A DNA stretch of 64,000 nucleotides from Eledone cirrhosa (taxonomy: Eukaryota), in contig OZ024741.1 in assembly GCA_964016885.1 (NCBI GenBank), positions 403,930,001-403,994,000 of the forward strand, read 5' to 3'. Below the pieces are notes generated by a model. That model saw only the letters and a program-made list of their open reading frames with translations. It made no database searches and had not been told where the DNA came from. This document shows, one piece after another, positions 18,001 to 36,000 of this stretch (positions are counted from its first letter, which is position 1; the number at the start of each line of letters is the position of its first letter). The position numbers and the translations under genes are program-made.

Positions 18001-21000
18001 ACCATTACCATCACCAACACTAACACCAACACCAACACCAATACCAACACCAATACCATCACCAACAACAACACCAACACCAACACCAATACCATCACCA
18101 ACACCAATACCATCACCAGCACCAATACCATCGCCAACACCAACTACACCAACACCGACACCTATACCATCACCAATACCATCACCACACCAATACCATC
18201 ACCAACACCAACACCAATACCATCAGCAACAACAACACCAACACCAACACCAATAACATCACCAACACCAATACCATAACCATCACCAACACCAACACCA
18301 TCACCAACACCAACAACACCAACACTGATACCAATACCATCACCAACACCAATACCAACACCAATACCATCAACAACACCAATACCATAACCATCACCAA
18401 CACCAACACCATCACCAACACCAACACCAACTCCAATACCATCACCAACACCAATACCATCACCAACACAAATACCAACACCAACACCCACAGCATCACC
18501 AACATCATTACCATCACCAACACCAATACCATCACCAACACCAATACCAATACCATCACCAACACCAATACCATAACCATCACCAACACCAATACCATCA
18601 CCAACACCAACACCAACTCCAATACCATCACCAACACCAATACCATCACCAACACAAATACCAACACCAACACCCACAGCATCACCAACATCATTACCAT
18701 CACCAACACCAATACCATCACCAACACCAATACCAATACCATCACCAACAACAACACCAACACCAACACCAACACTAATACCATCACCACACCAATACCA
18801 TCACCAACACCAATACCATTAACAACACCAATACCAATACCATCACCAACACCAACACCAACACCATCACCAACACCAACACCAATACCAACACCAACAA
18901 CCATAGCATCACCAACACCAACACCAATACCATCACCAACACCAATACCAATACCATCACCAACAACAACAACAACACCAACACCAACATAAATACCATC
19001 ACCAATACCAACACCAATACCATTCAACAGCACCAATACCATCACCAACACTAATACCAATACCATCGCCAACAACAACACCAACACCAATACCATCACC
19101 AACACTAATACCAATACCATCACCAACACCAACACCAATACCATAACAACACCAATACCATCACCAACACCAACACCAATACCAACACCAATACCAATAC
19201 CATCAACAACACCAATACCATCACCAACAACAACACCAATACCATCACCAACACCAATACCATCACCAACACCAACTCCAATACCATCACCAACACCAAT
19301 ACCATCACCAACACCAACACCAATACCATCACCAACACCAATACCATCACCATCACCAACACCAACACCAACAGCAATACCATCACCAACACCAATACCA
19401 TCACCAACACCAACACCATCACCAAAAACAATACCATCACCAACACCAACACCAATACCATCACCAACACCAACACCATCAACAACACCAATACCATCAC
19501 CAACACCAACACCAACACCAATACCATCAACAACACCAATACCATCACCAACACCAACAACAATACCATAACCAACACCAACACCATCACCATCACCAAC
19601 ACCAACACCAACACCAATGCCATCACCAACACCAACACCAATACCATCACCAACACCAATACCATCACCAACACCAACACCAATACCATAACCAACACCA
19701 ACACCATCACCATCACCAACACCAACACCAACACCAACACCAATACCATCAACAACACCAATACCATCACCAACACCAATACCATCAGCAACACCAATGC
19801 CATCACCAACACCGACACCAATACCATCACCAACACCAACACCAACACCAATACCATCACCAACACCAATACCATCACCAACACCAACACCAATACCATC
19901 AACAACACCAATACCATCACCAACACCAACACCAATACCATCACCAACAACAACACCAATACCATCACCAACACCAACACCATCACCAACACCAATACCA
20001 TCACCAACACCAATACCATCACCATCACCAACACCAACACCAACAGCAATACCATCACCAACACCAACACCAATACTATCAACAACACCAATACCATCAC
20101 CAACACCAAAACCATCACCATCACCAACACCAACACCAACAGCAATACCATCACCAACACCAACACCAATACTATCAACAACACCAATACCATCACCAAC
20201 ACCAATACCATCACCATCACCAACACCATCAACAACACCAATACCATCACCAACACCAATACCATCACCAACACCAATGCCATCACCAACACCAACACCA
20301 ATACCATCATCAACACCAACACCAATACCATCACCAACACCAACACCAATCCCATCACCAACACCAACACCAATACCATCAACAACACCAATACCATCAC
20401 CAACACCAATACCATCACCAACACCAACACCAATACCATCACCAACACCAACACCAATACCATCAACAACACCAATACCATCACCAACACCAATACCATC
20501 ACCAACACCATCACCAATACCATCACCAACACCAACACCAATACCATCACCAACACCAATGCCATCATCAACACCAACACCAATACCATCACCAACACCA
20601 ACACCAATACCATCACCAACACCAACACCAATACCATCAACAACACCAATACCATCACCAACACCAATGCCATCACCAACACCAACACCAATACCATCAC
20701 CAACACCATCACCAACACCAATACCATCACCAACACTAACACCAATACCATCACCAACACCATCACCAACACCAATACTATCACCAACACCAACACCAAT
20801 ACCATCACCAACACCATCACCAACACCAATACCATCACCAACACCAACACCAATACCATCACCAACACCATCACCAACACCAATACTATCACCAACACCA
20901 ACACCAATACCATCAACAACACCAATACCATCACCAACACCAACACCATCACCAACACCAACACCAATACCATCACCAACACCTACACCAATACCATCAC

Positions 21001-24000
21001 CAACACCAACACCAATACCATCAACAACACCAATACCATCACCAACACCAACACCAATACCATCACCAACACCAATACCATCACCAACACCAATACCATC
21101 AACAACACCAATACCATCACCAACACCAACACCAATACCATCACCAACACCTACACCAATACCATCACCAACACCAACACCAATACCATCAACAACACCA
21201 ATACCATCACCAACACCAACACCAATACCATCACCAACACCAATACCATCACCAACACCAATACCATCAACAACACCAATACCATCACCAACACCAACAC
21301 CAATACCATCACCAACACCTACACCAATACCATCACCAACACCAACACCAATACCATCAACAACACCAATACCATCACCAACACCAACACCAATACCATC
21401 ACCAACACCAATACCATCACCAACACCAATACCATTCAACAGCACCAATACCATCACCAACACTAATACCAATACCATCGCCAACAACAACACCAACACC
21501 AATACCATCACCAACACCAACACCAATACCATCACCAACACCAATACCAATACCATCACCAACAACAACAACAACACCAACACCAACATCAATACCATCA
21601 CCAATATCAACACCAATACCATTCAACAGCACCAATACCATCACCAACACTAATACCAATACCATCGCCAACAACAACACCAATACCAATACCATCACCA
21701 ACACCAACACCAATACCATCACCACACCAATACCATCACCATCAACAACACAAATACCATAACCAACACCAATACAATCACCAAAACCAATACCATAAAC
21801 AACACCAATACCATCACCAACACCAATACCATCACCACACCAATACCATCACCAACAACAACAGCAACACCATCACCAACACCAATACCAAGACCATCAC
21901 CAACACCAACACCAACACCAATACCAATACCATCACCAACACCAACACCAATACCAACACCAACACTAACATCATCACCAACACCAATACCATCACCAAC
22001 ACCAATACCATCACCATCACCAACACCATCACCAACACCAATGCCATCACCAACACCAACACCAATGCCATCACCAACACCAATACCATCACCAACACCA
22101 ATGCCATCACAACACCAACACCAATACCATCAACAACACCAATACCATCACCAACACCAATACCATCACCAACACCAACACCAATACCATCACCAACACC
22201 AATACCATCACCAACACCAATGCCATCACCAACACCAACACCAATACCATCACCAACACCAATACCAATACCATCACCAACACCACAACCATCACCAACA
22301 CCAACACCAATACCATCACCAACACCAATACCATCACCAACACCAACTCCAATACCATCACCAACACCAATACCATCACCAACACCAACACCAATACCAT
22401 CACCAACACCAATACCATCACCAACACCAACACCAATACCATCACCAACACCAATACCATCACCATCACCAACACCAACACCAACAGCAATACCATCACC
22501 AACACCAATACCATCACCAACACCAACACCATCACCAACACCAATACCATCACCAACACCAACACCAATACCATCAACAACACCAACACCAATACCATCA
22601 ACAACACCAATACCATCACCAACACCAACACCAACACCAATATCATCAACAACACCAATACCATCACCATCACCAACACCAATACCATCACCAATACCAT
22701 AACCAACACCAACACCATCACCATCACCAACACCAACACCAACACCAATGCCATCACCAACACCAATACCATTACCAACACCAATACCAGCACCAACACC
22801 AACACCAATACCATAACCAACACCAACACCATCACCAACACCAACACCAACACCAACACCAATACCATCAACAACACCAATACCATCACCATCACCAACA
22901 CCAACACCAACAGCAATACCATCACCAACACCAACACCAATACTATCAACAACACCAATACCATCACCAACACCAATACCATCACCAACACCAATACCAT
23001 CACCAACACCAACACCAATACCATCAACAACACCAATACCATCACCAACACCAACACCAATACCATCACCAACACCAATACCATCACCATCACCAACACC
23101 AACACCAACAGCAATACCATCACCAACACCAACACCAATACTATCAACAACACCAATACCATCACCAACACCAATACCATCACCAACACCAATGCCATCA
23201 CCAACACCAACACCAATACCATCATCAACACCAACACCAATACCATCACCAACACCAACACCAATACCATCAACAACACCAATACCATCACCAACACCAA
23301 CACCAATACCATCACCAACACCAATACCATCACCAACACCAATGCCATCACCAACACCAACACCAATACCATCACCAACACCAACACCAATACCATCACC
23401 AACACCAACACCAATACCATCAACAACACCAATACCATCACCAACACCAACACCAATACCATCACCAACACCAATACCATCACCAACACCTACACCAATA
23501 CCATCACCAACACCAACACCAATACCATCAACAGCACCAATACCATCACCAACACCAACACCAATACCATCACCAACACCAATACCATCACCAACACCAA
23601 CACCAATACCATCACCAACACCAATACCATCACCAACACCAACACCAATACCATCACCAACACCAATACCATCACCAACACCAACACCAATACCATCACC
23701 AACACCAATACCATCACCATCACCAACACCAACACCAACAGCAATACCATCACCAACACCAATACCATCACCAACACCAACACCATCACCAACACCAATA
23801 CCATCACCAACACCAACACCAATACCATCACCAACACCAATACCATCACGAACACCAACACCAATACTATCAACAACACCAATACCATCACCAATACCAA
23901 CTCCAATACCATCACCAACACAAACACCAACACCAACACCAATACCATCACCAACACCAATACCAACACCAACACCCACACCATCACCAACACCAATACC

Positions 24001-27000
24001 AACACCAACAACAATAGCATCACCAACACCAACACCATCACCAACACTAATACCATCAACAACACCAATACCAATACCATCACCAACAACAACACCAACA
24101 CCTACACCAACACCAATACCATCACGAACAACAACAACATCAATACCATCACAAACAACAACAACAACACCAATACCATCAACAACAACAACAACAACAA
24201 CACCAATACCATCACTATCACCATCACCATCACCAACACCAATACCATCACCAACACCAAACACCAAAACCAACAACAACACCAATACACTCACCAACAC
24301 CAATACCTTCACCAACAACAACACCAACACCAATACCATCACCAACACCAATACCATCAACAAGAACAACACCATCACCAACACCAATACCAATACCATT
24401 ACCAACAACAATACCAACACCAACACCAATAACATCATCAACACCAATACCATCACCATCACCAACACCAACACCAACACCAATACCATCACGAACACCA
24501 ACACCAATACTATCAACAACACCAATACCATCACCAACACCAACACCAATACCATCACCAACACCAACACCATCACCATCACCAACACCAACACCAACAG
24601 CAATACCATGACCAACACCAACACCAACACCAATGCCATCACCAACACCAACACCAATAACATCATCAACACCAATACCATCACCAACACCAATACCAAC
24701 ACCAACACCCACACCATCACCAACACCAATACCAACACCAACAACCATAGCATCACCAACACCAACACCATCACCAACACTAATACCATCAACAACACCA
24801 ATACCATCACCAACAACAACACCAACACCTACACCAACACCAATACCATCACGAACAACAACAACATCAATACCATCACAAACAACAACAACAACACCAA
24901 TACCATCAACAACAACAACAACAACACCAATACCATCACCAACACCAACACCAATACCATCAACAACACCAATACCATCACCAACACCAACACCAATACC
25001 AACACCAACACCAATACCATCACCATCACCAACACCAACACCAACAGCAATACCATCACCAACACCAACACCAATACTATCAACAACACCAATACCATCA
25101 CCAACACCAATACCATCACCATCACCAACACCATCACCAACACCAATGCCATCACCAACACCAACACCATCACCAACACCAACACCAATACCATCACCAA
25201 CACCAATACCATCACCAACACCAATACCATCACCAACACCAATGCCATCACCAACACCAACACCAATACCATCACCAACACCAACACCAATACCATCAAC
25301 AACACCAATACCATCACCAACACCAATACCATCACCAACACCAATGCCATCACCAACACCAACACCAATACCATCACCAACACCAACACCAATACCATCA
25401 CCAACACCAACACCAATACCATCACCAACACCAACACCAATACCATCAACAACACCAATACCATCACCAACACCAATACCATCACCAACACCAATACCAT
25501 CACCAACACCAATACCATCAACAACATCAATAACATCACCAACACCAACACCAATACCATCACCAACACCAACACCAATACCATCAACAACACCAATACC
25601 ATCACCAACACGAATACCATCACCAACACCAATACCATCACCAACACCAATACCATCACCAACACCAATACCATCACCAACACCAATACCATCACCAACA
25701 CCAATACCATCAACAACACCAATAACATCACCAACACCAACACCAATGCCATCACCAACACCAACACCAATACCATCACCAACACCAACACCAATACCAT
25801 CACCAACACCAATACCATCACCATCACCAATACCATCACCAACACCAATGCCATCACCAACACCAACACCAATACCATCACCAACACCAATACCATCACC
25901 AACACCAACACCAATACCATCACCAACACCAACACCAATACCATCAACAACACCAATACCATCACCAACACCAACACCAATACCATCACCAACACCAACA
26001 CCAATACCATCACCAACACCTACACCAATACCATCACCAACACCAACACCAATACCATCAACAACACCAATACCATCACCAACACCAACACCAATACCAT
26101 CACCAACACCAATACCATCACCAACACCAACACCAATACCATCACCAACACCAATACCATCACCAACACCAACACCAATACCATCACCAACACCAATGCC
26201 ATCACCAACACCAACACCAATACCATCACCAACACCAATACCATCACCAACACCAACACCAATACCATCACCAACACCAACACCAATACCATCACCAACA
26301 CCAATACCATCACCAACACCAACAGCAATACCATCACCAACACCAATACCATCACCAACACCAACACCAATACCATCACCAACACCAATACCATCACCAA
26401 CACCAATACCATCACCAACACCAACAACAATACCATCAACAACACCAATACCATCACCAACACCAACACCAATACCATCACCAACACCAACACCATCACC
26501 AACACCAATACCATCACCAACACCAATACCATCACCATCACCAACACCAACACCAACACCAATACCATCACCAACACCAACACCAACTCCAACACCAACA
26601 CCAACACCAACACCAACTCCAACACCAACACCAACACCAACTCCAATACCATCACCATCACCAACACCAATACCATCACCAACACCAACACCAATACCAT
26701 CACCAACACCAATACCATCACCAACACCAACACCAATAACATCACCAACACCAATACCATCACCATCACCAACACCAACACCAACAGCAATACCATCACC
26801 AACACCAACACCAATACCATCACCAACACCAATACCATCACCAACACCAACACCAACACCAATACTATCAACAACACCAATACCATCACCAACACCAACA
26901 CCAACACCAATACTATCAACAACACCAATACCATCACCAACACCAACACCAATACCATCACCAACACCAACACCATCACCATCACCAACACCAACACCAA

Positions 27001-30000
27001 CAGCAATACCATCACCAACACCAACACCAACACCAATGCCATCACCAACACCAATACCATCACCAACACCAATGCCATCACCAACACCAACACCAATACC
27101 ATCACCAACACCAACACCAATACCATCAACAACACCAATACCATCACCAACACCAATACCATCAGCAACACCAATGCCATCACCAACACCGACACCAATA
27201 CCATCACCAACACCAACACCAACACCAATACCATCACCAACACCAATACCATCACCAACACCAACACCAATACCATCACCAACACCAACACCAATACCAT
27301 CAACAACACCAATACCATCACCAACACCAATACCATCACCAACACCAATGCCATCACCAACACCAACACCAATACCATCACCAACACCAACACCAATACC
27401 ATTACCAACACCAACACCAATACCATCACCAACACCAATACCATCACCAACACCAATACCATCACCAACACCAATACCATCACCAACACCAATACCATCA
27501 CCAACACCAATACCATCACCAACACCAATACCATCACCAACACCAATGCCATCACCAACACCAACACCAATACCATCACCAACACCAACACCAATACCAT
27601 CACCAACACCAACACCAATACCATCACCAACACCAACACCAATACCATTAACAACACCAATACCATCACCAACACCAACACCAATACCATCACCAACACC
27701 AACACCAATACCATCACCAACACCTACACCAATACCATCACCAACACCAACACCAATACCATCAACAACACCAATACCATCACCAACACCAACACCAATA
27801 CCATCACCAACACCAATACCATCACCAACACCAACACCAATACCATCACCAACACCAATACCATCACAACACCAACACCAATACCATCACCAACACTAAT
27901 ACCATCACCATCACCAACACCAACACCAACAGCAATACCATCACCAACACCAATACCATCACCAACACCAACACCAATACCATCACCAACACCAATACCA
28001 TCACCAACACCAACAACAATACCATCAACAACACCAATACCATCACCAACACCAACACCAATACCATCACCAACACCAACACCAATACCATCACCAACAC
28101 CAACACCAATACCATCACCAACACCAACACCAATACCATCACCAACACCAATACCATCACCAACACCAACACCAATACCATCACCAACACTAATACCATC
28201 ACCATCACCAACACCAACACCAACAGCAATACCATCACCAACACCAATACCATCACCAACACCAACACCAATACCATCACCAACACCAATACCATCACCA
28301 ACACCAACAACAATACCATCAACAACACCAATACCATCACCAACACCAACACCAATACCATCACCAACACCAACACCATCACCAACACCAATATCATCAC
28401 CAACCCCAATACCATCACCAACACCAACACCAACAGCAATACCATCACCAACACCAACACCAATACCATCACCAACACCAACACCATAAACCAACACCAA
28501 TACCATCACCAACACCAATACCATCACCATCACCAAGACCAACCCCAACACCAATACCATCACCAACACCAACACCAACTCCAACACCAACACCAACACC
28601 AACACCAACTCCAACACCAACACCAACACCAACTCCAATACCATCACCAACACCAACACCAACTCCAACACCAACATCAACTCCAATACCATCACCAACA
28701 CAAACACCAACACCAACACCAATACCATCACCAACACCAACACCAACAAAAACACCAATACCATCACCAACACCAACACCAACTCCAACACCAACACCAA
28801 CACCAACACCAACACCAATACCATAACCAACACCAACACCAACACCAATACCATCACCAACACCAATACCATCACCAACACCAATACCAATACCATCACC
28901 AACACCAACACCAATACCATCACCAACACCAATACCATCACCATTACCAACACTAATACCATAACCAACACAAACACCAACACAAACACCAACACCAATA
29001 CCATCACCAACACCAACACCAATACCATCACCAACACCAACACCAATACCAAAACCAACACCAACACCAATACCATCACCAACACCAATACCATCACCAA
29101 CACCAACAACACCAACACCGACACCAATACCTTCACCAACACCAATACCAACACCAATGCCATCAGCAACACCAATACCAATACCATCAGCAACACCAAT
29201 ACCATCACCAACACCAACACCAACACCAACTCCAACACCAACACCAACACCAACTCCAATACCATCACCAACATAAACACCAACACCAACACCAACACCA
29301 ATACCATCACCAACACCAACACCAACACCAACACCAACACCATCACCAACACAAACACCAACACCAACACCAATACCATCACCAACACCAACAGCAACTT
29401 CAACACCAACATCAACTCCAATACCATCACCAACACAAACACCAACACCAACACCAATACCATCACCAACACCAACACCAACAAAAACACCAATACCATC
29501 ACCAACACCAACACCAACTCCAACACCAACACCAACACCAATACCATCACCAACACCAACACCAACACCAATATCATCACCACACCAATACCATCACCAT
29601 CACCAACACCAATACCATCACCAACACCAACACCAATACCATCACCAACACCAACACCAACACCAATATCATCACCACACCAATACCATAACCATCACCA
29701 ACACCAATACCATCACCAACACCAATACCAATACCATCACCAACAACAACACCAACACCTACACCAACACCAATACCATCACCAACACCAACACCAATAC
29801 CATCACCAACACCAATACCATCACCATTACCAACACTAATACCATAACCAACACCAACACCAACACCAACACCAATACCATCACCAACACCAACACCAAT
29901 ACCATCACCAACACCAATACCATCACCAACACCAACACCAATACCAACACCAATACCATCACCAACAACACCAACACCAACACCAATACCATCACCAACA

Positions 30001-33000
30001 TCAATACCATCACCAACACCAATACCATCGCCAACACCAACAACACCAACACCGACACCAATACCATCACCAATACCATCACCACACCAATACCATCACC
30101 AACACCAACACCAATACCATCAGCAACAACAACACCAACACCAACACCAATACCAACACCAATACCAACACCAATACCATCACCATCACCAATACCATAA
30201 CCATCACCAACACCAACACCAACTCCAATACCATCACCAACACCAATACCATCACCAACACCAACAACACCAACACCGACACCAATACCTTCACCAACAC
30301 CAATACCAACACCAATGCCATCAGCAACACCAATACCAATACCAACAATAACACCAATACCATCACCAACACCAACACCAATACCATCACCAACACCAAT
30401 ACTATCACCAACAACAAAACCAACACCAACAATAACACCAACACCAACACCACTACCATCACCAACACCAACACCAATACCATCACCAACACCAATGCCA
30501 TCACCAACACCTAACAAGAACACCAACACCATCACCAATACCATCACCAACACCAACACCAATACCATCACCAACACCACACCAATACCATCACCAACAC
30601 CAACACCAATACCATCACCAACACCAATACCATCACCAACACTAACACTAACACCAACACCAACACCAATACCAACAACCATAGCATAACCAACACCAAC
30701 ACCACTACCATCACCAACACCAACACCAATACCATCACCAACACCAATGCCATCACCAACACCTAACAAGAACACCAACACCATCACCAATACCATCACC
30801 AACACCAACACCAATACCATCACCAACACCAATACCATCACCAACACCAATACCAATACCATCACCAACAACACCAACACCAACAACCATGGCATAACCA
30901 ACACCAACACCAATACCATCACCAACACCAATACCAATACCATCACCAACAACAACAACAACACCAACACCAACATCAATACCATCACCAATACCAACAC
31001 CAATACCATTCAACAGCACCAATACCATCACCAACACTAATACCAATACCATCACCAACACCAACACCAATACCATCACCACACCAATACCATCACCATC
31101 AACAACACCAATACCATAACCAACACCAATACCATCACCAACACCAATACCATCACCAACACCAATACCATAACCAACACCAATACCATCACCAACACCA
31201 ATACCATCACCAACACCAATACCATCACCAACACCAACACCAATACCATCACCAACACCAATACCATCACCAACACCAACACCAATACCATCACCACACC
31301 AATACCATCACCATCACCAACACCATCACCAACACCAATACCAACACCAACACCAATACCATCACCAACACCAACACCAATACCATCGCCAACACCAATA
31401 CCATCACCAACACCAACACCAATACCAACACCAATACCATCACCAACACCAACACCAATACCATCACCACACCAATACCATCACCATCACCATCACCAAC
31501 ACCAATACCAACACCAACACCAATACCATCACCAACACCAACACCAATACCATCGCCAACACCAATACCATCACCAACACCAACACCAATACCATCACCA
31601 ACAACAACACCAACACCTACACCAACACCAATACCATCACCAACACCATTACCATCAACATCACCAACAGCAACACCATCACCAACACCAACACCAACAC
31701 CAATACCAACACCATCACCAACACCACCAACACCAACACCAACAACACTACCATCACCAACACCAACACCAATACCATCACCAACACCCATACCATCACC
31801 AACACCAACACCAATACCATCACCAACACCAATACCATCACCAACACCAACACCAATACCATCACCAACACCAATACCATCACCATCACCAACACCATCA
31901 CCAACACCAATGCCATCACCAACACCAACACCAATACCATCACCAACACCAACACCAATACCATCACCAACACCAACACCAATACCATCACCAACACCAA
32001 TACCATCACCAACACCAATGCCATCACCAACACCAACACCAATACCATCACCAACACCAATACCAATACCATCAACAACACCAATACCATCACCAACACC
32101 AACACCAATACCATCACCAACACCAATACCATCACCAACACCAACACCAATACCATCACCAACACCAATACCATCACCAACACCAACACCAATACCATCA
32201 CCAACACCAACACCAATACCATCACCAACACCAATACCATCACCAACACCAACACCAATACCATCACCAACACCAATACCATCACCAACACCAACACCAA
32301 TGCCATCACCAACACCAACACCAATACCATCACCAACACCAATACCAATACCATCAACAACACCAATACCATCACCAACACCAACACCAATACCATCACC
32401 AACACCAATACCATCACCAACACCAACACCATTACCATCAACATCACCAACAGCAACACCATCACCAACACCAACACCAACACCAATACCAACACCATCA
32501 CCAACACCAACAACACCAACACCAACAACACTACCATCACAAACACCAACACCAATACCATCACCAACACCAATACCATCACCAACACCAACACCAATAC
32601 CATCACCAACACCAATACCATCACCAACACCAACACCAATACCATCACCAACACCAACACCAATACCATCACCAACACCAACACCAATACCATCACCAAC
32701 ACCAATACCATCACCAACACCAATGCCATCACCAACACCAACACCAATACCATCACCAACACCAATACCAATACCATCAACAACACCAATACCATCACCA
32801 ACACCAACACCAATACCATCACCAACACCAATACCATCACCAACACCAACACCAATACCATCACCAACACCAATACCATCACCAACACCAACACCAATAC
32901 CATCACCAACACCAACACCAATACCATCACCAACACCAATACCATCACCAACACCAACACCAATACCATCACCAACACCAATACCATCACCAACACCAAC

Positions 33001-36000
33001 ACCAATGCCATCACCAACACCAACACCAATAGCATCACCAACACCAATACCAATACCATCAACAACACCAATACCATCACCAACACCAACACCAATACCA
33101 TCACCAACACCAATACCATCACCAACACCAACACCATTACCATCAACATCACCAACAGCAACACCATCACCAACACCAACACCAACACCAATACCAACAC
33201 CATCACCAACACCAACAACACCAACACCAACAACACTACCATCACAAACACCAACACCAATACCATCACCAACACCAATACCATCACCAACACCAACACC
33301 AATACCATCACCAACACCAATACTATCACCAACACCAACACCAATGCCATCACCAACACCAACACCAATACCATCACCAACACCAACACCAATACCATCA
33401 CCAACACCAACACCAATACCATCACCAACACCAATACCATCACCAACACCAATACCATCACCATCACCAACACCAACACCAACACCAATACCATCACCAA
33501 CACCAACACCATCACCAACACCAATACCATCACCAACACCAACACCAATACCATCAAAAACACCAATACCATCACCAACACCAACACCAATACCATCACC
33601 AACACCAACACCATCACCATCACCGACACCAACACCAACAGCAATACCATCACCAACACCAACACCAACACCAATGCCATCACCAACACCAACACCAATA
33701 CCATCACCAACACCAATACCATCACCAACACCAATGCCATCACCAACACCAACACCAATACCATCACCAACACCAACACCAATACCATCAACAACACCAA
33801 TACCATCACCAACACCAATACCATCAGCAACACCAATGCCATCACCAACACCGACACCAATACCATCACCAACACCAACACCAACACCAATACCATCACC
33901 AACACCAATACCATCACCAACACCAACACCAATACCATCAACAACACCAATACCATCACCAACACCAACACCAATACCATCACCAACACCAACACCATCA
34001 CCAACACCAATACCATCACCAACACCAATACCATCACCATCACCAACACCAACACCAACAGCAATACCATCACCAACACCAACACCAATACTATCAACAA
34101 CACCAATACCATCACCAACACCAATACCATCACCATCACCAACACCAACACCAACAGCAATACCATCACCAACACCAACACCAATACTATCAACAACACC
34201 AATACCATCACCAACACCAATGCCATCACCAACACCAACACCAACACCAATACCATCACCAACACCAATGCCATCACCAACACCAACACCAATACCATCA
34301 CCAACACCAATACCATCACCAACACCAATGCCATCACCAACACCAACACCAATACCATCACCAACACCAACACCAATACCATCAACAACACCAATACCAT
34401 CACCAACACCAATACCATCACCAACACCAATGCCATCACCAACACCAACACCAATACCATCACCAACACCAACACCAATACCATCACCAACACCAACACC
34501 AATACCATCACCAACACCAACACCAATACCATCAACAACACCAATACCATCACCAACACCAACACCAATACCATCACCAACACCAATACTATCACCAACA
34601 ACAAAACCAACACCAACAATAACACCAACACCAACACCACTACCATCACCAACACCAACACCAATACCATCACCAACACCAATGCCATCACCAACACCTA
34701 ACAAGAACACCAACACCATCACCAATACCATCACCAACACCAACACCAATACCATCACCAACACCACACCAATACCATCACCAACACCAACACCAATACC
34801 ATCACCAACACCAATACCATCACCAACACTAACACTAACACCAACACCAACACCAATACCAACAACCATAGCATAACCAACACCAACACCACTACCATCA
34901 CCAACACCAACACCAATACCATCACCAACACCAATGCCATCACCAACACCTAACAAGAACACCAACACCATCACCAATACCATCACCAACACCAACACCA
35001 ATACCATCACCAACACCAATACCATCACCAACACCAATACCAATACCATCACCAACAACAACACCAACACCAACAACCATGGCATAACCAACACCAACAC
35101 CAATACCATCACCAACACCAATACCAATACCATCACCAACAACAACAACAACACCAACACCAACATCAATACCATCACCAATACCAACACCAATACCATT
35201 CAACAGCACCAATACCATCACCAACACTAATACCAATACCATCACCAACACCAACACCAATACCATCACCACACCAATACCATCACCATCAACAACACCA
35301 ATACCATAACCAACACCAATACCATCACCAACACCAATACCATCACCAACACCAATACCATAACCAACACCAATACCATCACCAACACCAATACCATCAC
35401 CAACACCAATACCATCACCAACACCAACACCAATACCATCACCAACACCAATACCATCACCAACACCAACACCAATACCATCACCACACCAATACCATCA
35501 CCATCACCAACACCATCACCAACACCAATACCAACACCAACACCAATACCATCACCAACACCAACACCAATACCATCGCCAACACCAATACCATCACCAA
35601 CACCAACACCAATACCAACACCAATACCATCACCAACACCAACACCAATACCATCACCACACCAATACCATCACCATCACCAACACCATCACCAACACCA
35701 ATACCAACACCAACACCAATACCATCACCAACACCAACACCAATACCATCGCCAACACCAATACCATCACCAACACCAACACCAATACCATCACCAACAA
35801 CAACACCAACACCTACACCAACACCAATACCATCACCAACACCATTACCATCAACATCACCAACAGCAACACCATCACCAACACCAACACCAACACCAAT
35901 ACCAACACCATCACCAACACCACCAACACCAACACCAACAACACTACCATCACCAACACCAACACCAATACCATCACCAACACCCATACCATCACCAACA

